Shown one piece after another: positions 1 to 9,077 of a stretch of DNA of 64,000 nt. The position numbers were made by a program, and so were the translations under genes. The stretch comes from an uncultured virus (IMG/VR IMGVR_UViG_3300006674_000076) (taxonomy: Duplodnaviria > Heunggongvirae > Uroviricota > Caudoviricetes). Below the pieces are notes generated by a model, which made no database searches, was not told the origin of the DNA, and saw only the letters and a list, made by a program, of their open reading frames with translations. The stretch lies in the IMG/VR virus record IMGVR_UViG_3300006674_000076, positions 1 through 64,000 of that record; one strand, given 5' to 3'. How positions within the stretch are numbered: the first letter of the stretch is position 1; each line of letters opens with the position of its first letter.

Positions 1-1
1 T

Positions 2-244
2 TGTGGAGGGGATGTTCTTAACACTGTTGAACACTATGTTCCTTATCAAAACATATGGTATTCCGATATTCCAATGATAACTCCAAGAGGTTATAGCTTT
101 TGTTCGGGCGTTGTAAATAATAAAATATACGTTGCAGGTGGTGCTGGTCAAGGTAATACAGGTTACTATAATAGCACTGAAGAATATGCCCCATCAACTA
201 TAACTGGTTTAGATTCCCTTATTGCTTATTTGGTTATAAAATAA
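2..244 (+). CDS. Kelch-repeat (beta-propeller) tail-associated protein, 3' fragment
   Basis: Manual translation CGGDVLNTVEHYVPYQNIW..PMITPRGY..VNNKIYVAGG..STEEYAP..VIK* shows Kelch GG/Y/W/PR pattern; start lies outside window. Confidence 0.75.
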   Translation, partial: CGGDVLNTVEHYVPYQNIWYSDIPMITPRGYSFCSGVVNNKIYVAGGAGQGNTGYYNSTEEYAPSTITGLDSLIAYLVIK

Positions 245-273
245 TTAACAAAAATTATTGGAGGTGCCAATGT

Positions 274-753
274 ATGATTAAACAACACTTACTAAATCTT
301 GCGGCAGAAAAAAATATTGTAGTTTCTGCTGCAGAAATTGACACATTTATAACAAATTTGCCAAACTACGAAGATGTAATTCGCTCTAATATTACTGTTG
401 AGTTATGGGATGGTGTTTCACCAGTTGGAAATGTAGCTGCTGATGAAATAAAGTCAAGACCAGACTTTCCAAAAACAGAAAATGCAAAGGCTTTTTTCAT
501 AAAAATAGATGGCATACCTTTATATTTTCAGTATCATACAATATTAGGTTATGAGCCGATAACTGAAGAAAACTATTTGACAGAAGCTGAAAAAATAATA
601 AAGCAATATGTTGAGACGAGAGTAATTGAACAGGCAACAAAACTTTTTCTTGAACAGTTTGGTAATCGCACACAGGCTAATACAGTTAATCAACAGCAGC
701 TTGATATAATGGCAGCTTTAACTGATATTGCAATAAAACTGGGGGTGTTATAA
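274..753 (+). CDS. hypothetical protein (tail/lysis junction)
   Basis: 159 aa ORF, GGAGGT RBS. Confidence 0.6.
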   Translation: MIKQHLLNLAAEKNIVVSAAEIDTFITNLPNYEDVIRSNITVELWDGVSPVGNVAADEIKSRPDFPKTENAKAFFIKIDGIPLYFQYHTILGYEPITEENYLTEAEKIIKQYVETRVIEQATKLFLEQFGNRTQANTVNQQQLDIMAALTDIAIKLGVL

Positions 754-906
754 ATGACATACTGGGTAAATATTTACTATCAGCTAATCATAAACGGCAG
801 GAAAACTCTTAACGATGTACCAATGAGCATTAGAGCAGACGTTGAAGCTAAGCTTATTGCAGATGGGNACACAATCAACGCAGACGGCACAGTAACCAAG
901 GGGTAG
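754..906 (+). CDS. small CD1375-like phage protein (50 aa, not in ORF track)
   Basis: MTYWVNIYYQLIINGRKTLNDVPMSIRADVEAKL; IY..LI..G.KT..DVP..R..V pattern; starts directly after previous stop. Confidence 0.6.
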   Translation: MTYWVNIYYQLIINGRKTLNDVPMSIRADVEAKLIADGXTINADGTVTKG

Positions 907-948
907 CCACGCTGCCCTTTTCAATAGAGCTGTGAAAGAAGGTGCAGG

Positions 949-1203
949 ATGCCAGGGGCAGAAATAGCTCAATACGGAGTAGCAATTTTCGCCATAGCAA
1001 TGCTTGGCTACGTATTCGTAAAGATTATCGGCGGTACGAAGCCCGTAGATAACAGCAAAGAACTAGCAGCTGTAATAGAAAATAATACTAAAGCATTAAA
1101 GGAACTAATGACCGTGCTGCATCAGATAGAAGTACAGATGGCACGACAAGAAACCAAGATAGACGAGCTACTTGCAAGGACGAGAGATGAGAAAGATGAC
1201 TGA
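949..1203 (+). CDS. holin-like membrane protein (N-terminal TM plus coiled coil)
   Basis: Hydrophobic N-terminus, first gene of lysis cassette; positional counterpart of 37205..37510. Confidence 0.6.
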   Translation: MPGAEIAQYGVAIFAIAMLGYVFVKIIGGTKPVDNSKELAAVIENNTKALKELMTVLHQIEVQMARQETKIDELLARTRDEKDD

Positions 1204-1417
1204 AGAGCGTTTTTCTAAGAAAGTAGTGCGATGGGTGATATTGCTAAATGCCTTGTTTGTGGTGGCGGTATTGTTTTTATATTGGCACACAGGGTCAGAG
1301 CCAGCAACGNTAATAGTGAGTTGGTTTGCTTTTACCACTGGTGANTTGTGGGCATTNGCNGGAATAAAGAGAGAAGAGACAAAGAAGGGAGGGAGCGACG
1401 ATGAAGGTNTGCATTGA
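1196..1417 (+). CDS. small two-TM lysis-cassette membrane protein
   Basis: RFSKKVV..WHTGSEP..WFAFTTGELW shared with 37503..37718. Confidence 0.65.
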   Translation: MTEERFSKKVVRWVILLNALFVVAVLFLYWHTGSEPATXIVSWFAFTTGXLWAXXGIKREETKKGGSDDEGXH

Positions 1418-2150
1418 TCCTGGNCATGGTGGAAGCCAGCCAGGGGCAGTAGGGTATTTCGGGACGAAAGAAAAGGATATNACGCTTCAGGTTGCTTTAC
1501 AGCTTAGGGATGTACTTAAAAATGCGGGTGTGGATGTGGTAATGACAAGGGAGAGCGATAAAGATGTGAGAACAGCCAAGCAATCAAATGAGCTACAAGC
1601 AAGGTGTGATGTAGCGAATAACTCCAAGGCCGATGTTTTCATTTCAATACATTGTAATGCATCAAATGACTCGTCGGCTCATGGGACGGAGACGTGGTAC
1701 TACCCGAAAGACGCTAAAAGCAAGACTTTAGCACAGTTTATCCAGACGGAGTTGGTGAAACAAATAGGTCTAAAGGACAGAGGAGTTAAACAAGGCAATT
1801 ATTACGTAACACGTTATACAAAAATGCCAGCCGTGTTGGTGGAGTTGGCGTTTATCAGTAATCCCGAGGAGGAGGTATTATTACGAAATAAGGCGTTCCA
1901 AAGGAAGTGTGCTGTAGGGGTAGCTAATGGTGTACTTCGTTTTCTAGGAATGCCTTTAGTAAAGGAGGTGCAAGGCATGAAAGACGTACCGCAGACACAT
2001 TGGGCGTACAAGTATATAAAAGAGTTGTACGATTTGGGAATTGTGCAGGGAGATGAAAAAGGATATTTCTATCCAGACAAGCCAGCTACAAAAGCGGAAG
2101 TTGCTACTATGATAGCCAAGCTATACGAAAAGATAAAAGGAGGGAAGTAG
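1401..2150 (+). CDS. endolysin: N-acetylmuramoyl-L-alanine amidase (Amidase_3) with C-terminal SLH domain
   Basis: IDPxHGG, EKD, SIH, LVELAFISNP motifs; KDVPQTHWAY..GIVQG..FYPDKPATKAEVA is SLH-like. Confidence 0.92.
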   Translation: MKXCIDPXHGGSQPGAVGYFGTKEKDXTLQVALQLRDVLKNAGVDVVMTRESDKDVRTAKQSNELQARCDVANNSKADVFISIHCNASNDSSAHGTETWYYPKDAKSKTLAQFIQTELVKQIGLKDRGVKQGNYYVTRYTKMPAVLVELAFISNPEEEVLLRNKAFQRKCAVGVANGVLRFLGMPLVKEVQGMKDVPQTHWAYKYIKELYDLGIVQGDEKGYFYPDKPATKAEVATMIAKLYEKIKGGK

Positions 2151-2151
2151 A

Positions 2152-2508
2152 ATGCATGACTTATTTTTACAGTTACTTTACGATATCATCGCTATCCTTG
2201 TCCCGATACTTGTCGGCTATGCGATAGCATGGTTGCAAAAAAGGATAGGTACAGAGAAGTTGGAAGCGGTAGTGCGAGAGCTTGCTACCAAGCGAGAATT
2301 GGCACGAGTTGCAGTATTGTTTGTCCAGCAAGCGTACAAAGATTTGGGCGGAGCAGAGAAGTATGACAAGGCGGCAGAGTGGTTGTCCGATGCGGCAGGC
2401 AAAATAGGTATACAATTGTCCGAAGAAGAGGTAAAGGGACTTATTGAAGCCGCATTGAAGGAGCTGAAGACGGAGCTTGGCGAAGCATGGGATGAGTTAG
2501 CGAATTAG
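2152..2508 (+). CDS. phage holin, LL-H-like
   Basis: N-terminal TM, G.EK...A..L..IEAA pattern, follows endolysin. Confidence 0.75.
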   Translation: MHDLFLQLLYDIIAILVPILVGYAIAWLQKRIGTEKLEAVVRELATKRELARVAVLFVQQAYKDLGGAEKYDKAAEWLSDAAGKIGIQLSEEEVKGLIEAALKELKTELGEAWDELAN

Positions 2509-2535
2509 CCGCCTATTACTTTAATATAGGCGTTG

Positions 2536-2579
2536 CCCTCCGAGGTGCTCCCCTCCCTCCTACTCGGAGGGCGTTTTTA
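2536..2579 (+). terminator. intrinsic terminator after lysis cassette with C-rich loop
   Basis: GCCCTCCGAG-N18-CTCGGAGGGC followed by GTTTTT. Confidence 0.75.
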
Positions 2580-2599
2580 TTTGTGGTATTGTGCAGGTA

Positions 2600-2628
2600 T
2601 TGACATATAGCGAAAAATGGTATAGTAT
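2600..2628 (+). promoter_or_regulatory. sigma70/sigA-type promoter of module A first operon
   Basis: TTGACA 2600-2605, TGG-TATAGT/TAGTAT 2621-2628. Confidence 0.65.
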
Positions 2629-2660
2629 ATAAAGAGATAACATGAAAGGAGGGAGTAAGT

Positions 2661-2915
2661 ATGGCAAAGATTGTGTTAGACGTGGCGAAGTTGAGGATGT
2701 GGAGGGCTTATCGTGGATTGACAAAGCACAAGATGTCGCAGTTGATGGGGTATGCTGGCGATGGATATTACTACATTGAAAGCGGCAAGGTAGTTCCATC
2801 GTTAGCGAGGATTAATCAAATTTGTGAGATTTTAGACATCAGTCCGTTGGACATTCTCGTNGTTGAGGATGAGAAGAAGGAGGGAGAGCATGAAAACATT
2901 GAGGAGGTTCGTTGA
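2661..2915 (+). CDS. XRE/Cro-like helix-turn-helix regulator
   Basis: LRMWRAYRGLT..MSQLMG..YYYIESGKVVPSLARINQICEILDIS; strong RBS. Confidence 0.85.
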   Translation: MAKIVLDVAKLRMWRAYRGLTKHKMSQLMGYAGDGYYYIESGKVVPSLARINQICEILDISPLDILXVEDEKKEGEHENIEEVR

Positions 2916-3120
2916 CTTTGTGAATGATGAAGAGACAAGTACCTTGACAGTGCATGTGATGTGTTGTACAAACATTGGAGCGTACGTAAAGNTGTTGGAT
3001 GATTTAGGGTTTACGTTCATTTACATTGACGGAGACTCATGCGAGGCAGAGCTTGAAGGCGAGTATGCAAAAGTGTTTGAAGTAATGCGGATGCTTGAGC
3101 AGGAAGGGTTTACGTGGTAG
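2890..3120 (+). CDS. hypothetical protein
   Basis: GGAGGGAG RBS before ATG 2890. Confidence 0.6.
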   Translation: MKTLRRFVDFVNDEETSTLTVHVMCCTNIGAYVKXLDDLGFTFIYIDGDSCEAELEGEYAKVFEVMRMLEQEGFTW

Positions 3121-4073
3121 CCATGGCGTTACGAGTAAGTAGTGCAGGAGCATGTCCGAGAAGGATAGAACTTGAGGCATGGGGTGTAGAAGGGCTTCCA
3201 TTGTGGGAAGGTTCAGAGCGTGCTTTTGCTGAAGGTAACATGCATGAGCAGTCCATATTGGAGTGGGCATGCGAGAACTTACCAAATGGGCCGTATGTGT
3301 TACATAGCCAGCAGAAGGAAGTTTCTATTTTTTACCACGATAAAGAACTACTTGTGGGGCATATTGATGGATTAGCTACCAATAATGAAGGTGTAACAGT
3401 ATTGCTTGAGGCAAAGGCTTTAGCAAAGAGAGCATTTACAGAGATACGAGAAAAAGGATTGAGAGAAGCACATCCGCAGTATTTCACGCAGGTGCAGTTG
3501 TACTTATATGCGTTGGGGCTGGAAAAAGGGTATTTGATAGCACGGAATAAGGATACTCCAAAGACGAGGTTCTGGGATCACCACATTGAAGAAGTCGTTT
3601 ACGATGCCGAGTTTGTAGAGGCCGAGCTAAAGCGGTTGGAGGAGTTGGCAATTAAGATTGAACAAGGCGTTGAGATTGAGCCACCGTATAATCCCGAGGA
3701 TAATTGGCAGTGCAGACAGCCATATTGTCCGTATACAGAAAAGTGCTTCCCAGAGTATTATAAAAACTCCAGACAGCCTAAAATAGCAAAAGTGGATATG
3801 GAATTATCAGCGTTGGTTGAACAGTACGTTGAGCTTGGCGAAGAGATATCCGAAATGCAAGAGATACGAGAAGGGATAAAGGAGCAAATCATGGAGCGTG
3901 TAGGAAGCGACCCTGTGATAGCTGGCGAGTATGTGGTATATACCAAGGAGCGCATAAGTGAGACAATAGATACCAAGAAGGTGCGGGAGGTAGTACCAGC
4001 TGAAGTGCTTCAGGGTTTAATGAAGGTTTCAAAGTCGCAGGTATTGTATGTTAAGCCTGTGGCTGAAGAATAA
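3114..4073 (+). CDS. PD-(D/E)XK exonuclease (Cas4/RecB/YqaJ-like), partner of Bet
   Basis: CPR, GHIDG, LEAK, QVQLY, C..PYCPY...C; adjacent to Bet. Confidence 0.8.
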   Translation: MVAMALRVSSAGACPRRIELEAWGVEGLPLWEGSERAFAEGNMHEQSILEWACENLPNGPYVLHSQQKEVSIFYHDKELLVGHIDGLATNNEGVTVLLEAKALAKRAFTEIREKGLREAHPQYFTQVQLYLYALGLEKGYLIARNKDTPKTRFWDHHIEEVVYDAEFVEAELKRLEELAIKIEQGVEIEPPYNPEDNWQCRQPYCPYTEKCFPEYYKNSRQPKIAKVDMELSALVEQYVELGEEISEMQEIREGIKEQIMERVGSDPVIAGEYVVYTKERISETIDTKKVREVVPAEVLQGLMKVSKSQVLYVKPVAEE

Positions 4074-4087
4074 AAGGAGGGATAACG

Positions 4088-4990
4088 ATGGACAGTATTG
4101 TAAAGTATAAGTCTGAAAGTGGTGAGGAAGTTTCTTTAAGTGCAGACATTATCAAGCGTTATTTGGTATCAGGCGACCCGAGTAAGGTTGCCGACCAAGA
4201 AGTAATGATGTTCTTAAAGCTGTGCCAGTATCAGAAGCTTAATCCGTTCCTTAACGAGGCCTACCTTGTGAAGTTTGGCAATGAGCCAGCCCAGATAATA
4301 GTTGGTAAAGATGTGTTCATGAGGCGGTTGTCAAACAGCCCGCTGGTAGAAGGTTACCAAGCAGGTATTATCGTTCGCAAGAAAGGAACAGATGAGGTTC
4401 AGTATCGTAATGGGACATTTTATATTCCGGGTGAGGAGCAGTTGCTTGGAGGGTGGAGCAAGATTTGGCGCAAAGGATGGAAAGAGCCAGTAGAGCATTC
4501 TGTTAGTTTGCATGAGTATATCAAGCTGAATGCAAATAATCAGCCGCAGGCTGGGTGGAAGAAGGCAGCAACCCAAATCAGAAAAGTAGCACTAGTGCAG
4601 AATGCCCGAGAAGTTGTTCCCGATTTGAGACAGCTTTACATCAGTGAAGAGATGCAGGTCGATGAGGAGCAGTTGCAAAATGCACAAGTAGAGTTCACAA
4701 TCCACGATGCCGAGGAAGAGGTACAAGAAGAGACGCAGGAAGTAGAATATGCAAGCGATAATGAGTTTATGTCAGATCCACCAATAACAGTGAAGCAAGT
4801 AAAGAGGTTATACGCCATAGCCCACGGAGATACGAAGCTGATAAATGACATAATTGAAGAGTACGGATACGAGAAGTTGCAGGACATTAGGAGAGGAGAT
4901 TACGAGGCGATTTGCAATGCTGTACAAAGTGCGGTGTTGGAACAAGAAGAGCAACTATCAGATACCATTGAACAAGTAGAAGAGCAATAA
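4088..4990 (+). CDS. bet: phage single-strand annealing recombinase, Bet family
   Basis: DQEVMMFLKLCQYQKLNPFLNEAYLVKF, LLGGW, IRKVALVQ. Confidence 0.88.
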   Translation: MDSIVKYKSESGEEVSLSADIIKRYLVSGDPSKVADQEVMMFLKLCQYQKLNPFLNEAYLVKFGNEPAQIIVGKDVFMRRLSNSPLVEGYQAGIIVRKKGTDEVQYRNGTFYIPGEEQLLGGWSKIWRKGWKEPVEHSVSLHEYIKLNANNQPQAGWKKAATQIRKVALVQNAREVVPDLRQLYISEEMQVDEEQLQNAQVEFTIHDAEEEVQEETQEVEYASDNEFMSDPPITVKQVKRLYAIAHGDTKLINDIIEEYGYEKLQDIRRGDYEAICNAVQSAVLEQEEQLSDTIEQVEEQ

Positions 4991-5009
4991 CAGTTAGCAA
5001 AGTCCCGAG

Positions 5010-5051
5010 TGGGAGCAAGTGTAGGTTTTACCAAAGCTTGCTCCCATTTTT
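5010..5051 (+). terminator. intrinsic terminator after bet
   Basis: TGGGAGCAAG..CTTGCTCCCA plus TTTTT. Confidence 0.75.
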
Positions 5052-5142
5052 ATTTCATTTTCAAAGTGTCAGTAAAGTGTCTCAAGGGTAAAACAGTGCA
5101 AATGTAGGAACTACCAAATCCCACTGTATTTTATACAGTTTG

Positions 5143-5258
5143 AAAGTGTCGGTTTTTGTTAACACCTATTTAATACAAAACATGTTGACATTATATCCTA
5201 TGTGGTAATATATATATAGAAAAAGAAAGAAGGAGGGAACGAAGATGAGAACAGAAAG
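5143..5258 (+). repeat. promoter-RBS-start cassette, copy 1 (copy 2 at 6592-6708)
   Basis: AAAGTGTC..GTTAACACCTATTTAATAC..GTTGACATTATATC..TGGTAATAT..AAGAAAGAAGGAGGG..AAGATGAG shared. Confidence 0.85.
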
Positions 5259-5880
5259 AACAGAAAGAACAGAAAGAACAGAAAGAACAGAAGGAGGGAG
5301 AACAATGAGACAGGAAAGACAGGAAGCAAGAGAGTTTGTGCAAGAGAGGTTCAACACCAGCAGTGTAAGGTTACTCGGAAGGTTAATCGCTGAAGCAATC
5401 GCCAAGACAGAACTTAAGGTAGCCAGAAAGGTGTACGGTAATGAGTATGAGGAATTAGCTATTCAGGTAATCGAAGAGATGCTGGAAAATGTCAGCGAAG
5501 CTGCTTACGAGAAGTTAGCCAAAATAAGCAAGGATTACGATAAGGCAATCGAAAACTTCTTGGTTGAAAAGTACCTTGAAAATGGTAACCCAAGCCAGTA
5601 TGCAGTAGAGATGTGGGTAAAGGATACAGCCATAACAAGCGCAATGTACGATGCCTATAGGAAAGCAAACGATGAGTTCTGGAATACGTTTAACGTAAAG
5701 AGATGGTTATACAATCACGGTAGGGATTACGAGGAAAGGTTAGCCCTTGAGGGCATGCTGTTTGCAGTGTTTGATAGCTTAAACAAAGAATTGTTGAACG
5801 CCATAGGTGATATGGAGGATCAGTTAGCGCAAGCCCGCAGAGATGTGGGCTTTTACGTGAAGGAGGAGGCAGGGCAGTAG
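5245..5880 (+). CDS. hypothetical early protein, family I (alternative start 5305)
   Basis: Two RBS/ATG pairs; SEAAYEKL motif resembles 6695 and 7635 ORFs. Confidence 0.65.
   Translation: MRTERTERTERTERTEGGRTMRQERQEAREFVQERFNTSSVRLLGRLIAEAIAKTELKVARKVYGNEYEELAIQVIEEMLENVSEAAYEKLAKISKDYDKAIENFLVEKYLENGNPSQYAVEMWVKDTAITSAMYDAYRKANDEFWNTFNVKRWLYNHGRDYEERLALEGMLFAVFDSLNKELLNAIGDMEDQLAQARRDVGFYVKEEAGQ
5248..5292 (+). repeat. in-frame 9-bp tandem repeat (AGAACAGAA)x5
   Basis: Read directly; encodes RTE x5. Confidence 0.95.
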
Positions 5881-5907
5881 CCCTGCCTTCCCTTTATGGT
5901 AAGGGTG

Positions 5908-5935
5908 TTGACATCCATGCAAAATATGATAATAT
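5908..5935 (+). promoter_or_regulatory. sigA-type promoter
   Basis: TTGACA-N16-TAATAT with TG extension, just after hairpin GGCAGGGC/GCCCTGCC. Confidence 0.6.
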
Positions 5936-5969
5936 GCTATATAGAAGGAACAAACAGGAGGGATGCAAG

Positions 5970-6593
5970 ATGAAGAAGGTCGAAAGGACAGAAAGAGGTA
6001 TAAAGGTGAGGTTAGCGCATTATACCGATAACGGCGGGGATTGGGTCGCTGAGATAGTGGATTTTCACCCTACATTCAAGTTCAACCGTCAATTCCTAAA
6101 TGCCGAGAAAGATTGGAGTTCATCAGGTCGGACAGGCTGGAGTTACTTTGAGCTGGTAGAAGGGCGCGTATACGAGGTAAATGAGCCGTACCGTGGCCGT
6201 TGGTTTATTCAGGTGGTAAATGGTGAGATAGTGGAGCTTACAAAAGAGGACGTAGAAGAATACCTATACCAGAAAAACGAAAACCCAGAAGAAGAATACA
6301 AACCCATAGTAGTTGACACTGCAGATGAAGTGTATGAAGCTGATACCGATGGAACGATGCAGAAGCTTGAGCCAGAGAAGAAGGTCATTGATAAAGCGCA
6401 TTACAAGGTTGCTTCCAGAGGCACATATATAATTGTAACGCCAATATGGGATGGTGGCTGGAAGATATACCTTTATGTAGGTGGAGCTGCGAGATTTCAG
6501 CCGAAGAGTGTCAGAGTAGAAGAGAAGCCAATTATAGCAGGCAAGCATTTATCAGATGTGCTTGCCGATTATCCCGAGTTGAGAGGACAATAA
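5970..6593 (+). CDS. hypothetical early protein, family II
   Basis: Paralog of 8119..8745 (LAHYT, DWVAEI, EKDWS.SG.TGWSY, YEVNEPY.GRWF, GGAARF.PK). Confidence 0.75.
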   Translation: MKKVERTERGIKVRLAHYTDNGGDWVAEIVDFHPTFKFNRQFLNAEKDWSSSGRTGWSYFELVEGRVYEVNEPYRGRWFIQVVNGEIVELTKEDVEEYLYQKNENPEEEYKPIVVDTADEVYEADTDGTMQKLEPEKKVIDKAHYKVASRGTYIIVTPIWDGGWKIYLYVGGAARFQPKSVRVEEKPIIAGKHLSDVLADYPELRGQ

Positions 6594-6708
6594 AGTGTCA
6601 GTATTAGTTAACACCTATTTAATACCAGAGTGGTTGACATTATATCGCATATGGTAATATAGTATATAGAAGAAGAAAGAAGGAGGGAGTAAAGATGAGG
6701 ACAGGAAG
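6592..6708 (+). repeat. promoter-RBS-start cassette, copy 2
   Basis: Direct repeat of 5143-5258; TTGACA at 6634. Confidence 0.85.
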
Positions 6709-7231
6709 AGAGAACTTGAAGGAGTTAGTAGCTATCGAGATGGGTAAGGGTATCAGCCGTGGATTTGCGAGGGCTGAAGGGTGGTTAACATCCAATATTG
6801 ACCACTATGCTGAAGGTTCGTTTGTAGGGTTCATCCTTGGTATGCATTTAATAGACGTGTTAAGCGAGACAGCTTTTAAAGCCCTTGAAGGTGTGCTGGA
6901 CGATTTGGTAGACGAGCTTGAGATGTTCTGTTTAGAGCGTGAGAAAGAAAANGGCAAGGAATATGTGTACTACCATGANGCNATGAGAATTGCAAGAGAT
7001 ATAGCAGGAGCGGTGAGAGAAGAGTTCATGAGCCAGCGTCAAAAGTTGAACGAGATTGAGGACTTGATATATTACGATTGGACATTCGCTAACATGGGTC
7101 TAGAAACAACGGGAAAAGCCATAAGGCACTTTGTATGCCGAGAGTTGGACACAATACTTTACATGAAGGTTTATACCGAGTTCACTGATGCGGTGGATAG
7201 GGTAATCAGAAGGCTGGAGGGTGGGCATTAG
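6695..7231 (+). CDS. hypothetical early protein, family I
   Basis: Strong RBS, own promoter, SETAFKAL motif. Confidence 0.65.
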   Translation: MRTGRENLKELVAIEMGKGISRGFARAEGWLTSNIDHYAEGSFVGFILGMHLIDVLSETAFKALEGVLDDLVDELEMFCLEREKEXGKEYVYYHXXMRIARDIAGAVREEFMSQRQKLNEIEDLIYYDWTFANMGLETTGKAIRHFVCRELDTILYMKVYTEFTDAVDRVIRRLEGGH

Positions 7232-7259
7232 CCCACCTTCCAGTATGGAGGTGATTGCA

Positions 7260-7580
7260 ATGAGGCAGGAAGTGTACACCATAGAAGTAACAGAGAAGGA
7301 GCAGTTGGCTGGGTGGAATCATGCAGACTTGGGTGAGGATGGAGACTTTTTCGCAGAGACAGTATGTATTGACGTAGGCGACATGGACAATGATGATGAT
7401 ATCATAAGCGTTGAGTTGTTCGGCGTGTTTGAAGAAGTAGACGGGGAGCGTAGCGAGGCAAAGATGCTTGTTGACATTGAGATAGGCCAGTTTAAGGCGT
7501 GGCAAGTGCGTGCGGGTGAGTTGTCCGTAAGTGATATTGTAAATGCGGCTTGGGAGACATGGGGCTTATACATTTACTAA
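7260..7580 (+). CDS. acidic hypothetical early protein, family III
   Basis: Paralog of 8760..9077 and 49113..49475 (WNHADLGEDGDF, DDDII). Confidence 0.75.
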   Translation: MRQEVYTIEVTEKEQLAGWNHADLGEDGDFFAETVCIDVGDMDNDDDIISVELFGVFEEVDGERSEAKMLVDIEIGQFKAWQVRAGELSVSDIVNAAWETWGLYIY

Positions 7581-7634
7581 AAGGTGCTGGGGTAGGTATT
7601 GTCCTACCCCTCCATTAAAAGGAGGTGTAAAACA

Positions 7635-8093
7635 ATGGTAAACAAAGAAGCAACAATAAAGGTAGCCCAGCAGGTACATCAGGCGTTAGCAACAGTACAG
7701 CAACACGTTATACAGGAAGGGTATAAGCCGAAATACGACGAAGTGTTTCTAAACGTACAACATTTTGCTTATGAGCTGGTCTCCTTCATGTCCGAAAAGG
7801 CATTTTTGAAACTCGCCGAGCAAGAACAAGCAATAGCATATGCTATTGAAGACTACGAAAATGGTAAGGGGAACAACATCCAACAAGCAATAGAACCAAT
7901 ACGTAAAAGCATGGAACGTGCGGCAAAAAGGCTATTAGACAATTGCTACAAAATACAAGGGTACAACACAAACAAAACAGAAGCAGAAACACTTGTAACG
8001 TTCTACATAGCGGTAGACAAAGAAGTCAGTAAAATACTGGAACAGTTCACTAATAATGTCGCGAGGGACTTAGAAAATGTCTCAAAAACTTAA
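7635..8093 (+). CDS. hypothetical early protein, family I-like
   Basis: AAGGAGGTG RBS; SEKAFLKL motif. Confidence 0.6.
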   Translation: MVNKEATIKVAQQVHQALATVQQHVIQEGYKPKYDEVFLNVQHFAYELVSFMSEKAFLKLAEQEQAIAYAIEDYENGKGNNIQQAIEPIRKSMERAAKRLLDNCYKIQGYNTNKTEAETLVTFYIAVDKEVSKILEQFTNNVARDLENVSKT

Positions 8094-8118
8094 CAGTAAA
8101 CAAAAGGAGGGATAGAAG

Positions 8119-8745
8119 ATGAAGACAGTAGAAAAGACGGACAAGGGAGTCATAATCCAGTTAGCCCACTACACGTCCAGTGGGCGTGATTGGGTAGCAG
8201 AAATTGAAGACACAGACCCACAGTTCGGATTTAAGCGTGCATTCTTAGAACCCGAGAAAGATTGGAGCGCATCCGGAAAAACAGGATGGAGCTATTACGA
8301 ATTAAGGAATGGTAACGTGTATGAGGTCAATGAACCGTACAAAGGCCGTTGGTTCTTCCAAGTGGTTAATGGGGAATGCCTTGAGATTTCTAAAGAAGAC
8401 GTACTGGAGTACTTAGAACAAAAGAAGGCAGCAGTAAACAACGTAGAAGAACTCATGCCCGTAACGTTTAGTGAGCAGGATGAGGTATACGAAGAAAATG
8501 ACAAAGGCGTGCTACAACGTAAGCAACCAACAAAATTTGAGAACGGTAAAGCAGTGTACCTGATTTCTTCTAATAAGACGTATGCCGTCGTTTCACCAAA
8601 AGAGAAAGGTATTTGGAGTGTTTGCTTGTACTTGGGAGGGGCGGCACGTTTTGCCCCTAAATGCGTCAATGTAGAAACGAAGCCACAATTAGAGTTCCAA
8701 CGTGTGAAAGACGTCGTAAACGTTTACGACGCCATAAGCAAATAA
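8119..8745 (+). CDS. hypothetical early protein, family II
   Basis: Paralog of 5970..6593. Confidence 0.75.
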   Translation: MKTVEKTDKGVIIQLAHYTSSGRDWVAEIEDTDPQFGFKRAFLEPEKDWSASGKTGWSYYELRNGNVYEVNEPYKGRWFFQVVNGECLEISKEDVLEYLEQKKAAVNNVEELMPVTFSEQDEVYEENDKGVLQRKQPTKFENGKAVYLISSNKTYAVVSPKEKGIWSVCLYLGGAARFAPKCVNVETKPQLEFQRVKDVVNVYDAISK

Positions 8746-8759
8746 AGGAGGGGAACAAA

Positions 8760-9077
8760 ATGGAGAACATTGAGGTTTACACTGTCAAAGTAACAGAAGA
8801 AGAGCAGTTAAAATGGTGGAATCATGCGGATTTAGGCGAAGATGGAGACTTCTACGTAGAAATGGCAAAATTTGAGGTAACAGGCATGAATGACGATGAC
8901 GACATTATCCGAGTTACGTTACTGGGAACGTTTGAAGAGGTAGACGGAGAACGAGAACAAGCCACAATGAACGTACTACTTAGCAATGGGCAGTTTACAG
9001 TGAAACAGCTGCGTGAAGGCGTACTAACGGTAGCAGACATTGTTTATGCTGGCTGGGATTACTGGGATTTGCTATGA
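8760..9077 (+). CDS. acidic hypothetical early protein, family III
   Basis: Paralog of 7260..7580; AAGGAGG RBS. Confidence 0.75.
   Translation: MENIEVYTVKVTEEEQLKWWNHADLGEDGDFYVEMAKFEVTGMNDDDDIIRVTLLGTFEEVDGEREQATMNVLLSNGQFTVKQLREGVLTVADIVYAGWDYWDLL

Noticed and set aside
3114..4073. Cas4-like nucleases (also 41458..42159) as CRISPR-Cas
   Set aside because: No cas1/cas2 or repeat-spacer array; linkage to Bet fits recombination exonucleases
2600..6660. Short (15-16 bp) -35/-10 spacing in module A promoters as a new sigma specificity
   Set aside because: AT-rich context offers alternative -10 hexamers at 17-19 bp; cannot be resolved without TSS data
5143..6708. Repeated cassettes as CRISPR array or integron attC sites
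   Set aside because: Repeats are promoter/RBS sequences separated by whole genes; no integron integrase or attC structure seen
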